Assembly (NCBI GenBank): GCA_028534125.1
Contig: CM052817.1
Span: forward strand, 8,248,001 to 8,312,000
Source of the DNA: Lama glama
Lineage: Eukaryota
Length of the DNA stretch: 64,000 nucleotides
Direction: 5' to 3'
Of the stretch, positions 1 through 11,989 are shown in pieces. The translations under genes were made by a program, and so were the position numbers. The notes below the pieces were generated by a model. The model saw only the letters and a list, made by a program, of their open reading frames with translations, was not told the DNA's origin and ran no database searches. How positions within the stretch are numbered: position 1 is the stretch's first letter; each line of letters opens with the position of its first letter.

Positions 1-159
1 ATTTACTTTTCTGTACTTCTTGGCATGAAATCATTCCCAATGTTCTCTTTTTAACTCACTCCTAATGGGATAATGCGTGTCTATTTCCTTTTTCTGGATT
101 CTGGGTGATTCTGTTTTCTAATGTTAGACATGTACTGTGTGTTCACAGTTGATGAAGTG

Positions 160-415
160 GGCATGCCATGGTGGACAGACCTTAGGTATTAGACAGACCT
201 GGATGTGAACTTGATTTAGCCACCTGTGATCTGTGGACTGGCGTTCTGTACTTAAATAAGCTTGGTTCTTACTTTCTTTGATTACTCAACAAGAATTTTG
301 CTTCTTTCCTAGGATTTTTGTGAGAATTTAAAAGATGCCATAAAAACAACAACAATAAAACACCTAGCTTGAGAATGTTGAGTTTTAGATGTTAAATAAA
401 TGTCAGTTGTTCTTC
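160..415 (+). mobile_element. MIR SINE, degenerate
   Basis: MIR-like 5' part (ttagacagacctggatgtgaac...gccac) and 3' part (ggatttttgtgagaatttaaa...aataaatgtcagttgtt). Confidence 0.6.
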
Positions 416-485
416 CATTTTTACAAGCTCGACAAGTCTTTGGACTAGATGCTACAGACAAGGCAAAGATGAATGTGACATAGGT

Positions 486-666
486 CAGGATGGCAAATAG
501 GTTTTATTTCATATGCCAGCTCTCAGAGAGCACGCCGCTTCAGGGAGAGCTCTGTGGAGATGGATTTTAAGGCTCAGCAGGGAAGAGTGTCACAGTTGAT
601 TAGCCCTGTCCTCAGGCTCAGGAGGGGGCAGTGGGGGACACGAGCATCCCATGTTTGCCATCACTG
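486..666 (+). mobile_element. hAT-Charlie MITE, MER117-like
   Basis: Terminal inverted repeats caggatggcaaa / tttgccatcactg; internal ggctcagcagggaagagtgtcacagttgattagc resembles MER117. Confidence 0.7.
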
Positions 667-734
667 ACACCAGCCCTGCTTTGGGGAAGTCAAAGCTAAT
701 GGAGTGTGAAATTCCTGGAGAAGCACGAGGACAG

Positions 735-922
735 GGGTAGGCACTTGTACATATGTTATGTCTGGAATCCTCTCAGCCAGCTGGAGAGGGATGAATGATC
801 AGTCTCACTTTATAAATGAGGGAATGGAGGCTCAGACAGGCTAAGTATTTTTCTCAAGGTCTTACAAAGTAGAAAGTGGTGGGAATGAGATCTGAACCCA
901 AATCCATCTGATGTCAGAGGCC
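735..922 (-). mobile_element. MIR SINE
   Basis: Reverse MIR core: ctcactttataaatgagggaatggaggctcagacaggctaagt...tctgaacccaaatccatctga. Confidence 0.8.
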
Positions 923-979
923 TTTTGTTTGCAGTTACTAACTTTTTAAGCTGAGGTATTCAAATAGAGTCTTTTTCCT

Positions 980-1610
980 TTAAAAAAAGATAAGGTAAAA
1001 TGTGAATACTTTAAGGTTTGTCCAAGTGCACTAATCTTAAGTGTCCAGCTTGATGAACTTTTGATTACATCCGGGTAATTTAAGTACACCTGTATCACCA
1101 TCAGTAAGACAAAGGTATAGAACTTTCTCACCTTTCTAGAAGGTTCCTCTGTGTGCTTTCCTAGTCAATAATCTCTCCACCAAGAGCTAACTATTCTTCT
1201 GACACTAAACAACATTAACTAATTTTGAGTATTCTTTAGCTTCATATAAATGAAATTATAAAGTAATTTCACTTTTGCATCTTGCTTCTTCATTCAAAAA
1301 AATGTCTGTGAGAGTTATCTATGTTGTGGCAGTAGTAGTTTGTTTTTTCATTGCTGTGTACTACTCCATTGTATGAATACACCACAATTTATCTATCCAT
1401 TCTCCTCTTGGGGGACATTTGGGTTGTTTGCTGTTTTTGGTGTTGTGAATGAAGCTGTAATAACCATTCTTGTAATGCCTGTGGGTGGACATATGCTCTT
1501 ATTTCTCCTGAGTATGTACATAGTAGTGAAATTGCTGGGCCATAGGTTAGGTGAATATTTAACCTTAGTAGACATGAACCTTTGCCTTTTCCAGTGAGAG
1601 CTGTACCGTA
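980..1610 (-). mobile_element. Old L1 (L1MC/MD/ME-type) 3' end
   Basis: aagtgcactaatcttaagtgtccagcttgatga, cttcatataaatgaaattata, ccattgtatgaatacaccacaatttatctatccattctcc...ggacatttggg are reverse L1M 3'UTR/ORF2-end motifs. Confidence 0.85.
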
Positions 1611-1829
1611 TCAGGGGCCGAGGTCTTCTTGATCTCTGTTACATCCCAGAACCCACAGCAATTCCTGGCTCAGAGTCAGTGCCAATGAGTAATTTTTGAG
1701 TAAATGGAAGTACTTGCATATTGTGCATCTTGGGTCTTGGCTTTGTTTTGGGGGCTACCATGTTTCAGTGAATGGAAAGGTCAGAATCTGTCTCCTTGTG
1801 CCCAGAGTCCCCCTTTCAAAACAAACATT

Positions 1830-2465
1830 CTATAATGCTCCCTTAAATGTCTCAAAATGAAGTTCACAGATAATACAACTTGTCTACACATATATTTTCT
1901 TTTTAATCAATGTGATGTCCTAACTTTTATGCGAAGGAAAAATAGAAAGGAAGTAATTTATAGTAAGATAATGAGTATTTTGATACACAAATAGCTGGGG
2001 ACTTCTACACTGAAGACATACTGAAATACACAGATTCTCGCAATTGTACATATGATCAGTACAAATGCAAAGTGAGAGAGAGGTGCAAAGTTCTGCTAAT
2101 TCCTATTACAAGTTCCATTGTTGTCAGTGATACGATTTTCCAAATGGCAACCAACGCTCTGCAAAATTTTTCATAAAAGAAAATACAATCTTCCCTCAAT
2201 TTGAAAAATTCATTGTATATCAAAACTGTATAAGAATGCTTTTTTTTAAAATGTAAAATGACGTTGGGGTCTAGGTTTAGAAAGCTTTTCAACAAGAAGA
2301 ATGTTTTGTGGGATACATATGGCATGAAGCATATTCTTCAATGGACAGGACTGTCCCAAGCATCGTATAGGGTGTCTACTCTTCTTGGTACTCAACCATG
2401 AAATGCCAGTGAGTGTCCTCTTACCAGAGTGCCAACAAATTTCCAAAATATTTCCACCCCCAAGA
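1830..2465. mobile_element. hAT-Charlie DNA transposon, MER20B-like
   Basis: aggaagtaatttatagtaagataat, cgattttccaaatggcaaccaacgctct, tacaatcttccctcaattt and MER20-like end ggactgtcccaagcat...aaatgccagt. Confidence 0.6.
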
Positions 2466-2479
2466 AAGAATCATGGTTC

Positions 2480-2845
2480 TAACTCAACTCTCTCATTTTA
2501 CAGGTGAGGGAATCATTCCTTTGAAAAGGGAAGAACTGCCTCCTGGATCTCCCAGGGACTTAGAGGTTCATTTGTTGTGGACCACAATCTCTTGACTCCT
2601 TAATCTAAATCAGGGTTCGGTCCACCACAGCAATTGGAACTGGGTCTTTGAGTCAAATAGGTGGGCTCAAATCTTGGCTCTGATCTTAGGCAAACTGTTT
2701 CATCTTTTTGAGCCTCTGTTTCGTCATTTGCAAAATTAAGATTAAAAATAACATTTCCCTCAGAGACTTGTGAGGATCAAGCAAAATTATAACTATAAAT
2801 TCCTGGCACATAGTGAGATCTCAATAAATGGTAGTTATTCTATTA
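2480..2845. mobile_element. Two MIR fragments, - strand then + strand
   Basis: ctcattttacaggtgagggaa (reverse core), then gagcctctgtttcgtcatttgcaaaat...cctggcacatagtgagatctcaataaatggtagttatt (forward). Confidence 0.8.
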
Positions 2846-2947
2846 CTCCTTTAAAGCTCATTTGTCTAAGTTCTCCCAGAAATTGGTATATCCTATTCTG
2901 GGAGAACTCCATTTGAATTTTTCTCTGCAGAGAAGCACTTGTGTACC

Positions 2948-3193
2948 TTTTTTTTTTTCAATTGAAGTACAGTCAATTACAATGTGTCAATCTCTGACGT
3001 ACAGCACAATGTCCCAGTCATGCATATACATACATATATTTTTTTTCACATTTTTTCCATTAAAAGTTATTACAAGATATTGAACATAGTTCCCTGTGCT
3101 ATACAAAATAAACTTTAAAAATCTATTTCTATATATAGTGGCTAACATTTGCAAATCTCAAACTTGTAAATTTATCCCCTCCTACCTTCTTTC
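2948..3193 (-). mobile_element. Young camelid-type L1 3' end, 5'-truncated
   Basis: Poly-T then attgaagtacagtcaattacaatgtgtcaatctctg...gttattacaagatattgaacatagttccctgtgctataca; imperfect TSD cacttgtgtaccttt (2936-2950) / cacttgtttatcttt (3194-3208). Confidence 0.85.
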
Positions 3194-3419
3194 CACTTGT
3201 TTATCTTTATCCTTTGTTTCCAGTGATTCAAACAGTCCCTTTCCAAGGCAAAGTGTCCTTCTAACCCCCTCCACACCAAAGCTGTCCTAGGCCATAGTCA
3301 AGGACAAGATGCCTAGGCTAAGTAGCTCGGAGCACCTGGACACTTGGGCTTTTGCTAAAGAATGGAAGAAGAAACTTTGGGGCTGCAAATGACTTGGAAA
3401 AAAGGGAAGAAAGATGATG

Positions 3420-3580
3420 AAATTTTGTGCCAGATGCGTGGTGAATGGTCTACCTCTTTTCACTCTATCAATGCCTGTGAGTAAGAACTGTTTATTACTA
3501 CCTCTGCTTTACACATGAGAAAGTGGGGACTCTGAGCTGGCCCTTCCTTGAAGTCACACAGAGCCAAGACTGAAATAAAG
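3420..3580 (-). mobile_element. MIR SINE
   Basis: gtgccagatgcgtg...ctgctttacacatgagaaagtggggactc...gtcacacagagcc. Confidence 0.6.
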
Positions 3581-3591
3581 TTTGATAGACA

Positions 3592-4745
3592 TTCTCTCAG
3601 TGTGGGTTCTTTCAAAATCAGACCCCAAGATGAGGATTTGGGTGCAAGTAGTTTATCTGGGAGTTGTTTTTATTATCAACTGTTGCCTCTCAGCTCTGAT
3701 GCACCCTTCAGTATATGGTCTGTGATAAAGAATTTCTCCTTGACATGAGCATGATGCTGAACTTTCTCAGTGGAGGATGCTGGAGGGATGTTGCAGGAGG
3801 AGGAGGGTCTCTGGCTATTTCTGTGCCAAATGGGTCTCAATTATGGGTGTAGAGACATTCAGTGGAATCTATCCATAGACCAAAAGGTGGTCCTTCTGCA
3901 ACTTTGCAGCCTTGATGTGATGATAGCCTTTGTGTAGTCCCCTCAGCATGGAAATCAGAACCAGCAGCACCCCTCACACGGTCTGAAGGGCTCCCCTCCC
4001 CACTGGCTCCCAGACTCCACATCTCTACCATCAGTGCTGCTCCCCCACATGCACTCTGGAGGGTGGATTCTTGCTTGCAGCACCTCCAGACCAGCTCCAG
4101 CCTAGCCACAGCAGCAGACCTCTCCACTATCCAGTGGGCTGAACCACACCTGCCCCAAATCTGTCTGGACGCCTCCCACGTTTGTCCTTCCATGGGTACT
4201 TAGCTTAAGCCATAGGCTGCCTTGTAGATTTTCCGTGTATCTTACAGTTACTCTTTATCATAGTTAACAGTTCTCTGTATTACATTTCCTCTGTTTAAGT
4301 TACTGTGTGTTTTGTCTGATTGGACCCCGACTGTCCAAGGAGGGGATCACAGGAGGAAGGCAAGAGAGTGGGGAAGAGAAAAAAGCCAATAAGGACCGTG
4401 TTAATGAATGAGCCACTATTGTCCATATCAGGGACTCAATCACGCTGGTGTTCTTTTGAGAGTCTGGGTACCACACACTCCAGCATTGCCCCAACAAGAG
4501 GCAAGAGGTCTGGATATTTAGCCACCAACTCCTGTTCCTCATTGACTAAGGGTTGCTTTGGGAGACTTTAACTCCCTGGCACGTTTGTCCTGCCCTGCAT
4601 GTCCAGACGTTCCAGAGCATAATTATGTAGCCAGAAAAAGCCCTCGTGTAGAGGGAGACAGATCCTTGAAGGTTAGCTCTCTGAGTGCCTGGTGACCTCT
4701 AGGGTGGGCCAAGGGGATGTGGGTGGCCATGATGTGTCTACTACA
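3592..4745 (-). mobile_element. LTR33-like ERVL solo LTR, split by a nested LTR at about 3665-4335
   Basis: gggttctttcaaaatcagaccccaagatgaggatttgggtgcaagtagtttatctgggag resumes after 4335 (aagccaataagg, tatttagccaccaactcc, ttaactccctggcac) and ends ctactaca. Confidence 0.75.
3665..4335 (+). mobile_element. LTR41/LTR41B-like ERVL solo LTR
   Basis: Start ttattatcaactgttgcctctcagctct...cacccttc; end ttcctctgtttaagttactgtgtg...tgattggaccccgactg. Confidence 0.7.
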
Positions 4746-5494
4746 GACATGTAAGATGCCAGGCAGCAGAAGGAAATTGGTCAGCTGGAGGCCCATGAGT
4801 GGCTCAGACTGACTCAGGGTGAATTTTCTGGAAAAGCCCAGTTGCAGAAGATCCAATGTTTTCCTGACTGGTATAATTTAATTGTACAGTCAGTGTTTGC
4901 TATGGATAATCAGGTTTTTCTTTGACCTTGACAGTCTCACTGGCTTGCTACCTGCACTGGAAGACACTGTTTTCTAGTCGTTTCGAATATAAAAAGCCAA
5001 ACCTGACTTTCATGAAGAGCTGGCAGCCCTGCCGTTTTCAGGAGGTGCTGAGTATCCAACCAGCAAAAAGGCATTGGTGTTTGTGTTTTTTCTCTGCCCT
5101 TTACAAGAGTATTTCAGCTGAAGCACAAGGCTTTTTTCCTTCACCTTGGGTGTTTTAATAGAAATCTTGGTGACATTAAGCCCTTTTAATACTGAGCACC
5201 AGCTTCTAAAGTTCAGTGACAATAAAGCTCTGTTCTGCCAAGGAACGCGGTGGGTACCAAAGTGATGGATTCTCATTACCAGGAGTACCGGAATAAAAAT
5301 ACAGCCAGGAGATGAGTTTATTACAAAGGGCCATGGACGGTGTCTGTCTGGGGGAAGTGTGGGCTGAAAGAGGTTATTTTTATATTAAGTTTTTTAAATC
5401 ATTCACATTTTGTGGTAATTTAATCAATTTATATGGTTTCACAACTGCTGATGCCTTCTTTCTGCATTTAAAATATTCAGTGAAGAAAGAACAA

Positions 5495-5765
5495 GGAAAC
5501 TTACTCCTGAAATGGAAAGCTCTCCAAGACATGGTGTTAAGTGACAAAAGCAACATGGTGAACAATATTGAGTAGCTAACTACGGTCCAAGAATGAAGGA
5601 AAAAGATTATCTAGTCACCTTTGCTTACATGAAAATCTAATGAAAGCATCTAGGCATGGGTAAAGAGGGCAGAAACCAGGGGTGAGAGTTTTCCAATTTA
5701 TGACTTTTATATTGTTTGGATTTTACAATCACATCATTGCATTTCCTGTTCAGATAAATAAATAA
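5495..5765 (+). mobile_element. Old L1ME 3' UTR fragment
   Basis: atggaaagctctccaagacatggtgttaagtgacaaaagcaa; ttttatattgtttggattttacaat. Confidence 0.65.
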
Positions 5766-5899
5766 CCAAAGCCCAGTGAAGAACATAATCATTGGAGACT
5801 AAGCCTCTGTTCTATGATCATTTTTCACAAACTTTGAAGGTAGCTTCAGATGGGAAAATGCATTCCACGAAGTTCAAATACCTGCACAGGGTGATTCCT

Positions 5900-7600
5900 T
5901 TGCAGACATTTAGGGCATGAGTGCTTTTATCTGATCATGGACGATTTTTTACATCTATGCTGCTATTTACCATACAGGCAGCAGGGGGAAGTGTTTCTCT
6001 GTTTTATTTTGTACCTTCCCCGTCTCCCCAGCCTCATATGCAAAACCAACCAATTATTCTCTAATTCAAATCTATGACAAAATGCACCACATTTTCTAGA
6101 TTCATGTTGTTACTCTCTCATCTCAAAGATCTTTGGGGGACTTGAAGCTTCCAACAGGCTGCTTAATGATTATTCAAAAGGGGCTGATTACTGGGTCTGC
6201 CAGTGAGAAGTCCTTCCCTTTTCTCTCTGTCCCCTCTTGTCATTTCACTCAGCTCCTATACATCACTTTCCATAATCAATTCATAGAAAAAGACCGTTAA
6301 ATTAGGAGAATCCACAGCGCTCCCTCTCTCTCGCCCTCTCTTACTTTGCAGATGAGACTCGGGGTTTGGAAGGCAAAACAAACAAACAAATAAAAATAGA
6401 GTGGATTTTGGACCAAAAACAGCTGAAAGGGAAAGAGAAAAAGTGTTGACTGAGTGTTTATCTGTGTACCTGGCTGGCACTGTACCTGCTTTAATGCCTG
6501 ACGTCTTCACTACAGCAAGACTGTGTCGTTAGAGCCATTTTGAGAAAGAGGAGATGAAAGCTCGTAGGCGATGAACAACCCACCCAAATTTATGTTGCTG
6601 CAAAAAGATAGAATTGGAGTTGGGAGGCAGACTGCATCCCCAGCTGGAAGACTGACATTTTTCCCTCTACACCACACTAAATACATGGAAGGCAGTGCCT
6701 CCCTCTTGCCCCCTGCCCCCCCCCAGATCTCTGAACCTGGTCTCTCACAAATGTGCGCCAGCCTCCCCCTCCCCCACCGTGTCTGTAGAGAGAAAAGGGA
6801 GAAAGGGGAGTTGTCTCAAGAGCTCCCCAGCGTTCAGTGGTCTTTTTGCTGTGCACCAGCAGTGATTCCTTTAGAAAGGCAGCAACACTGAACTGCCCGA
6901 GGACAGAGATTCCTCAAGGTGTGGACATGGGGCAGTGCTGGCAGAGGCACTGCCCTGTTTCCAAAGTGCTTAGAGTATTTTGTGCCCTTGTGTGTTTTTT
7001 TGTGTGTGTGTGTGTATGTGTGTGTGTGTTTCTAAGTGTTCCTGCTTTCTCATCTCAGCATCCTGGCAATGCTTTTAGGTGAAGATGACAGTGAAGGTGA
7101 CAAGTGAAGATGCAGAGATGGACAATTTGGGGCGTTGGGTGAACTAAATTACAGCAGTAAATCAGGAACAGTGGTAAAGACATTTTACCCAAAGGGAAGT
7201 TCCTGGGAGTGATCTTGTGATCTTGCGTGGCATCCAGCCTCTGTAATAAAGAACACCAGCACCCCTGGAGGGGGAGTGTTGGCCCTTTTCAGTGCTGAGT
7301 AGGGCAAGGAGAAAGTCTCCTTGGGGGCAAGCATGACTTCCGCGTGTTTTAACACTTGCTGTGCTGCCATTTCAACAAAGAGGGCCGAGCAGCAGGCTGG
7401 GGTCCTCCGGCGGCCGACAGCACGCAGCTAGAATTTTTTTCAGTTGTTTCATTTTCCTTTAGTTACGATTCCCTCTGTGGCAAATGATTATGATTTCCTA
7501 TTTACAGTAGGGAGAGGTGTCCTTTTCAATTTGTGCATTTAGATAAAAATGTCAACTTAAAAACAGCTGGGCCAGTGATAGGGTTGACGGTCTGGAGATG
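5900..7600. promoter_or_regulatory. Repeat-poor unique block, putative enhancer or alternative promoter
   Basis: No recognisable interspersed repeat over about 1.7 kb; TGACGTC (6499), YY1-like GCCATTTT (6534), reverse ETS ACTTCCG (7337), small CpG cluster 7340-7430. Function is inferred only. Confidence 0.4.
7001..7029. repeat. (TG)n microsatellite, interrupted
   Basis: tgtgtgtgtgtgtgtatgtgtgtgtgtgt. Confidence 0.95.
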
Positions 7601-7754
7601 TTGGCGGAAGTGGTGAAATGGCTTGAAAATGATGGAAAGGTGGGGGTTGTAGCAGATTATTTCTAAACATGTCTTCCAACTCAGACAACTTATGACTTTA
7701 ACTCTGTCATTTGAGAGTCATGGGGAAGTTGGAATTGTGCAATTTCAGAACAGT

Positions 7755-7840
7755 ATGGGATAATCTAGCCCAACCTCCCTGTTTTATGGTTGATGAAGGG
7801 GAGGCTTAGAGGCATGTGACTGGCCCAAGGTCGCTCAGTG
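7755..7840 (-). mobile_element. MIR3/MIRc fragment
   Basis: gataatctagcccaacctccctgttttatggttgatgaaggggaggcttagagg...gtgactggcccaaggtc. Confidence 0.7.
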
Positions 7841-8133
7841 TTCTGTTGGCTGATAATCTGTGTGGGGTGGGTGTGTACTGGCTGGAGAGGGAGGGCAGAG
7901 TGGGGGTAGCAGGGCAGGATAGTAACCTAGACAAAGAGCTGCTTTAAGTAATTCAGGCTGTCTTGGCCTCATGGAGGTGAAGAGGGAAGAGGAAGGGGGA
8001 GACAATCTTTGAACAGATAAAAGGAGAGAGAGAGCGTCCTTAAAAATCTAAGTTTCTTCTGCTTGCTGCGGAGCAGGGACAGGAACTGGCTGGTTTCCCC
8101 CAATAAATGCAGCAGTAGCTTTTTTTGCTGCAG

Positions 8134-8204
8134 AATGTGGCGTTAAATACAATAGGTCAGCATTGAGCTTGAATAAAATGTGATGACTGATTGGGAAATG
8201 AGTG
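8134..8204 (+). other. Candidate spliced exon (71 nt) or 3' end of an alternative first exon
   Basis: Acceptor ctttttttgctgcag| at 8133 and donor GTG|GTAAGT at 8204/8205 in unique sequence. Confidence 0.35.
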
Positions 8205-8839
8205 GTAAGTCCTGCGCAGCAGGCAAGTCCTGATTATGGAGATGCTTATCAACACCCCCACCCCCTACCCGCCCGGAATCAACAAAGCTGCACTTGCAGG
8301 CTGACAAAACTGAACCCAGATGTCCTTGTCCTGGGGACACTTTAAATCTGGCTAGGACAGTCATCTGCGAGGAAACCAGACGTTGCAGGGAGAAAGGACA
8401 CAACTTCTGGTGCTTCAGGACCTGCTCTGGGGGTGAGGCAGGGGGCAGGTCATGGCCCCGCCTTCTCTTCACTGTGAAGTGGGCTCTGAGCCTTGCTTTC
8501 CTCTGGGTGTACTGAAGATTATAGATGCGGGATGTAGTCAAGGATTCAAGACAGCTCTCCCGGTGGATGGGGCTGGGGAGCCCAGGGCATGGTCCAGAGC
8601 AGGGACTCAGCATCTATTTGTGGACTGAATGGCCAAAAGGCAGGATAAGTCAATCAATGGGCCTTGCACCCTTCTTGGCATAGAGCCAGCCCACTTATCA
8701 CCCACATTCCTGGGTGGACAAGTCACCCGATTCTTCCTCTGTCACTATTTCTTCATACCTAGTATTTAGGTAAGAAGCTGTTCTACAAGTACATTGTTGG
8801 GATATGAGAGATGACTAATGAGTGCAGTGGTAGCCTTTT

Positions 8840-10260
8840 CACTCAGTCGCTCATTAAATCATTTATTCATTCAATCAGCTGATACTTATTAAGCACTTAG
8901 TGGGGAGATAACGTGGGGCCCCTCCTTATAGATTATGATCTAGTGGGGAGGTCAGATAACAACCTTGTAAATAAGTGGATACCAAAATAACACTTTCTAG
9001 ACTATCAAACACCTAGCACGAAATAGCAATTAGATAAAAAGTAATTGTAGTACTAGTGATAAATGCTGATATACATTATATACTTACTGTGTGCTAATCC
9101 TGTTGCAGACAGTGAACAGTATGATGCATTTAATCTTCACCACTGTCCTAAAAGAGGTCTAAGTATCATCTTTCAGTTTATGAAGGGAAGCTAGGGCGAA
9201 GAGCTAGATAGCACTGGGAGAGGTGTAATAGTTCAGGCAGCATGGTCAAGAAAGACTTCACTGGAGGTGACATTTGAGCAGAGCCCAGAAGACGTACTTT
9301 CTTGTGTATCTCTAAAATCCGTAATTCCCTTTCTACCCACCCCACCCCATCATTGTCTAGTGAGGGCTACCTTGCCACTAGCTGTCCTTGCAACTACCTT
9401 CTAACTAGACGGGCTGTCCTTGCAGCCAGAGTGGTGTGATAGCTACTGGAGGGGACAGGTAGATTGACTAAATGCATTTGATCCACTCCCTGCTCTGTTG
9501 ACCTTTCGAGAGTATGGCTTATTGGTGTCCTCGGAATCTGAAGGATACTAGACTCAGATGTCTGGAGCGACAGTATGGAGTAAGTTTGCCACTGTGCACT
9601 TACCCATGCGGAGCCTGGGTGTATTCCTCCTCTTCCCATAAACGTTAAGTCATGGCCATTTACTGTGGGACCAGGGGTGGAAAATAACCCAGTGGTCAGG
9701 GCAGTAATCAGAGTAAAATCACCCACACCCAAAGTACAACAAGTTCTGTATGGCCTTTCATTTCCCAGATTCCACCTGGGCCTCCCAGCGACCTTGTGGA
9801 GCAGAGGTAGTCATGCATTTTTGGAAGATCAGAGACAATGAAGGCTGAGATGCTTTAGAAGCTTGGCCAAGGGCATACAGCTGGTGGGGGACGGAGCTAG
9901 CGCTTGACCTTTCTGATAAAAGAGGAATATGTTAATCTCTCTGACCACAGGCTACAGAGAGAACGTCTTGTTTAGCAACAACGACTGTTAGTTCTTATGA
10001 ATGCTTACCTTGTGCTGGATTCTAAACCAAGAATGTTACGTACATTAATCTGTTTAATTCTGTTGTGTACCACTTGGAGAACATTTGGCACAGTGTTTGG
10101 CACATGGTAAGAACTCAATGTTAACTTGTATGATTGTATGTTTGAGTGAGGGGAAACGGAGGCCCAGAAGGGTTAAGTGACTTGTCCCAAGTCACCTGTC
10201 AGTAAACAATGGGGCCATGTGGTTACGGGGCCTATCTTTCATCCGTGACGTAGGCTGCCT
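8840..10260. mobile_element. Cluster of L2 and MIR fragments
   Basis: Reverse L2 tail cattcaatcagctgatacttattaagcac (8870), L2-type caagaaagacttcactggaggtgacatttgagc (9250), MIR cores (tgagggggaaacggaggcccagaagggttaagtgacttgtcccaagtcac, 10148). Confidence 0.7.
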
Positions 10261-10924
10261 GCCTGCCTCAAGGCTGGGTCCTCGGTTCCTCAGTGAGTAC
10301 CGTGGGCACTGCACACTGAATTTTAGACTTCTGCTGCTTGTCTCTGGCAACATACGGTTTATTCCATTTTTCATTTGAATTACTGTTCAAAGCCATTTCA
10401 GCCTTGCAGAGATGAGCGATGCTGAGGCCCTCTGTGTGGTTCCCCTCTAGAACCTACTCACCCCTCTTTTCATTCACGAGAGGCTGAGAACCTGAGGTAC
10501 TGGAGGGGGAGGTTTTCTCCTCATCGAGGGCTGCATGTTTCTTGGAGGGGCTGGTAAAATCCCAGCCCTGTGAATGCAATTGGATTTGAATTCCAGTTGT
10601 AAGGGTTTCTTGTCTTGTATTTTGCCAGCTATTTTGTAAAGCTATTTCCTAAGTAGACAATGCCTTGGAGCTCCCTAGTCTCTGCTCCAGGCTGCAGCTC
10701 TGTGTTCACTTTGCTTCATTTCAAAAAGAATCTGTGGGGCCCTGTGCTCAGCAACACAGAAAAGGCAAATTGAGGGGAATCTGGGTTGTTTCCATGTTGC
10801 TGGAATGGGGCAGAGAAAGGACAGATAATTCTCAGTGGAAGCTTTCATCAAGGAGACAGAATTTTAGCCAAGCTCTGAAAAACATTTGGATTTTGATAGC
10901 TGCAGGGGGAAGACAAATGCAGCA

Positions 10925-11980
10925 AAGTGTATATCTGATAAGGGGTTAATAGTCAAAATATAGAAAGAACAAAAACAACGCAATAGCAAAAAAGCAAATA
11001 ACCCGATTAAAAAAATGGATGAAGGATCTGAATAGACATTTCTCCAAAGAAGATGTACAAATGGCCAACAAGTCTATGAAAATGTGCTCAACATCACTAG
11101 TCATCAGGCAAATGCAAATCAAAACCACAATGGGCTGTCACCTCACACCTGTTACGATGGCCATTATCAAAAAGACAAGAGATAAGTACTGGTGAGGGTG
11201 TGGAGAAAAGGGAACCCTTGGGCGCTTGCCAGGAGGAGTGTAAAGTGGTGCAGCAGCTATAGAAAACAATAGGGAGATTTCTCAAAAACATTAAAAATAG
11301 AGCTACCATATCTAATCCAGCAATCTCACTTCCAGGTATATATACTCAAAGGGAATGAAATCAGTATCTTGAAGAAATGTCTGCACCTCCATGTTCCTTG
11401 CAGCATTATTTACAGTCGCCAAGATACGGAAACAATCTAAGTGTCTGTTGATGGTTGAATGGTTAAAGAAAATGTGGTACACATATTATTCAGCCTTAAA
11501 AACGAAAGAAATCTCGCCATTAGTGACAATGTGGATGCACCATTATGCTAGGTGAAATAAGCCAGTCTCAGAAAGGCAAGTACTACATGATCTCACTGAT
11601 ATGTGGAATCCATGATTGTCAAATTCATAGAAGCGGGAAGTAGGATGGTTTGTTGCCAGGGGCAGAGGTGTGGGGGAAATAGGGAGATGTTGTCAGAGTC
11701 TGAAGTTTCAGTTGTACAGGATGAATCAATTCTGGAGACCTAACAGACAGTACGGTGACTATAGTTAATGATATGGTTTTGCATACATGAATTTTGCTAA
11801 GAGAACAGATCTTAAGTATTCTCAGTACACACACAAAAAAATGGCAGCTGTGAGGTTGATTCACTTGATAACGATAATCATTTCACAATACGTGCTTATA
11901 TCAAAACATCACATTATGCACTTTAAATAGACCCAATTTTTATCAATTTTACTTCAATAAAGCTAGAAGAAGAAGAAAAA
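10925..11980 (+). mobile_element. L1MA9-like L1 3' end (ORF2 C-terminus plus 3'UTR)
   Basis: gatctgaatagacatttctccaaagaagat...tgctcaacatcacta...atgcaaatcaaaaccacaatg; 3'UTR ttgctaagagaacagatcttaagtattctc; AATAAA and A-rich tail near 11957-11980. Confidence 0.9.
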
Positions 11981-11989
11981 GCCAAAATG

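Noticed and set aside
7185..7370. Minus-strand ORF MAAQQVLKHAEV... with a good Kozak context (gaaATGG) near a CpG cluster
   Set aside because: No recognisable homology and only a weak possible donor (GG|GTAAAA); the AAATGGC context is equally explained as a YY1-type motif. Not excluded, but unsupported
8745..8776. Second AG|GTAAGA recursive-like site
   Set aside because: An upstream competing AG directly follows the pyrimidine tract, and the donor is weaker
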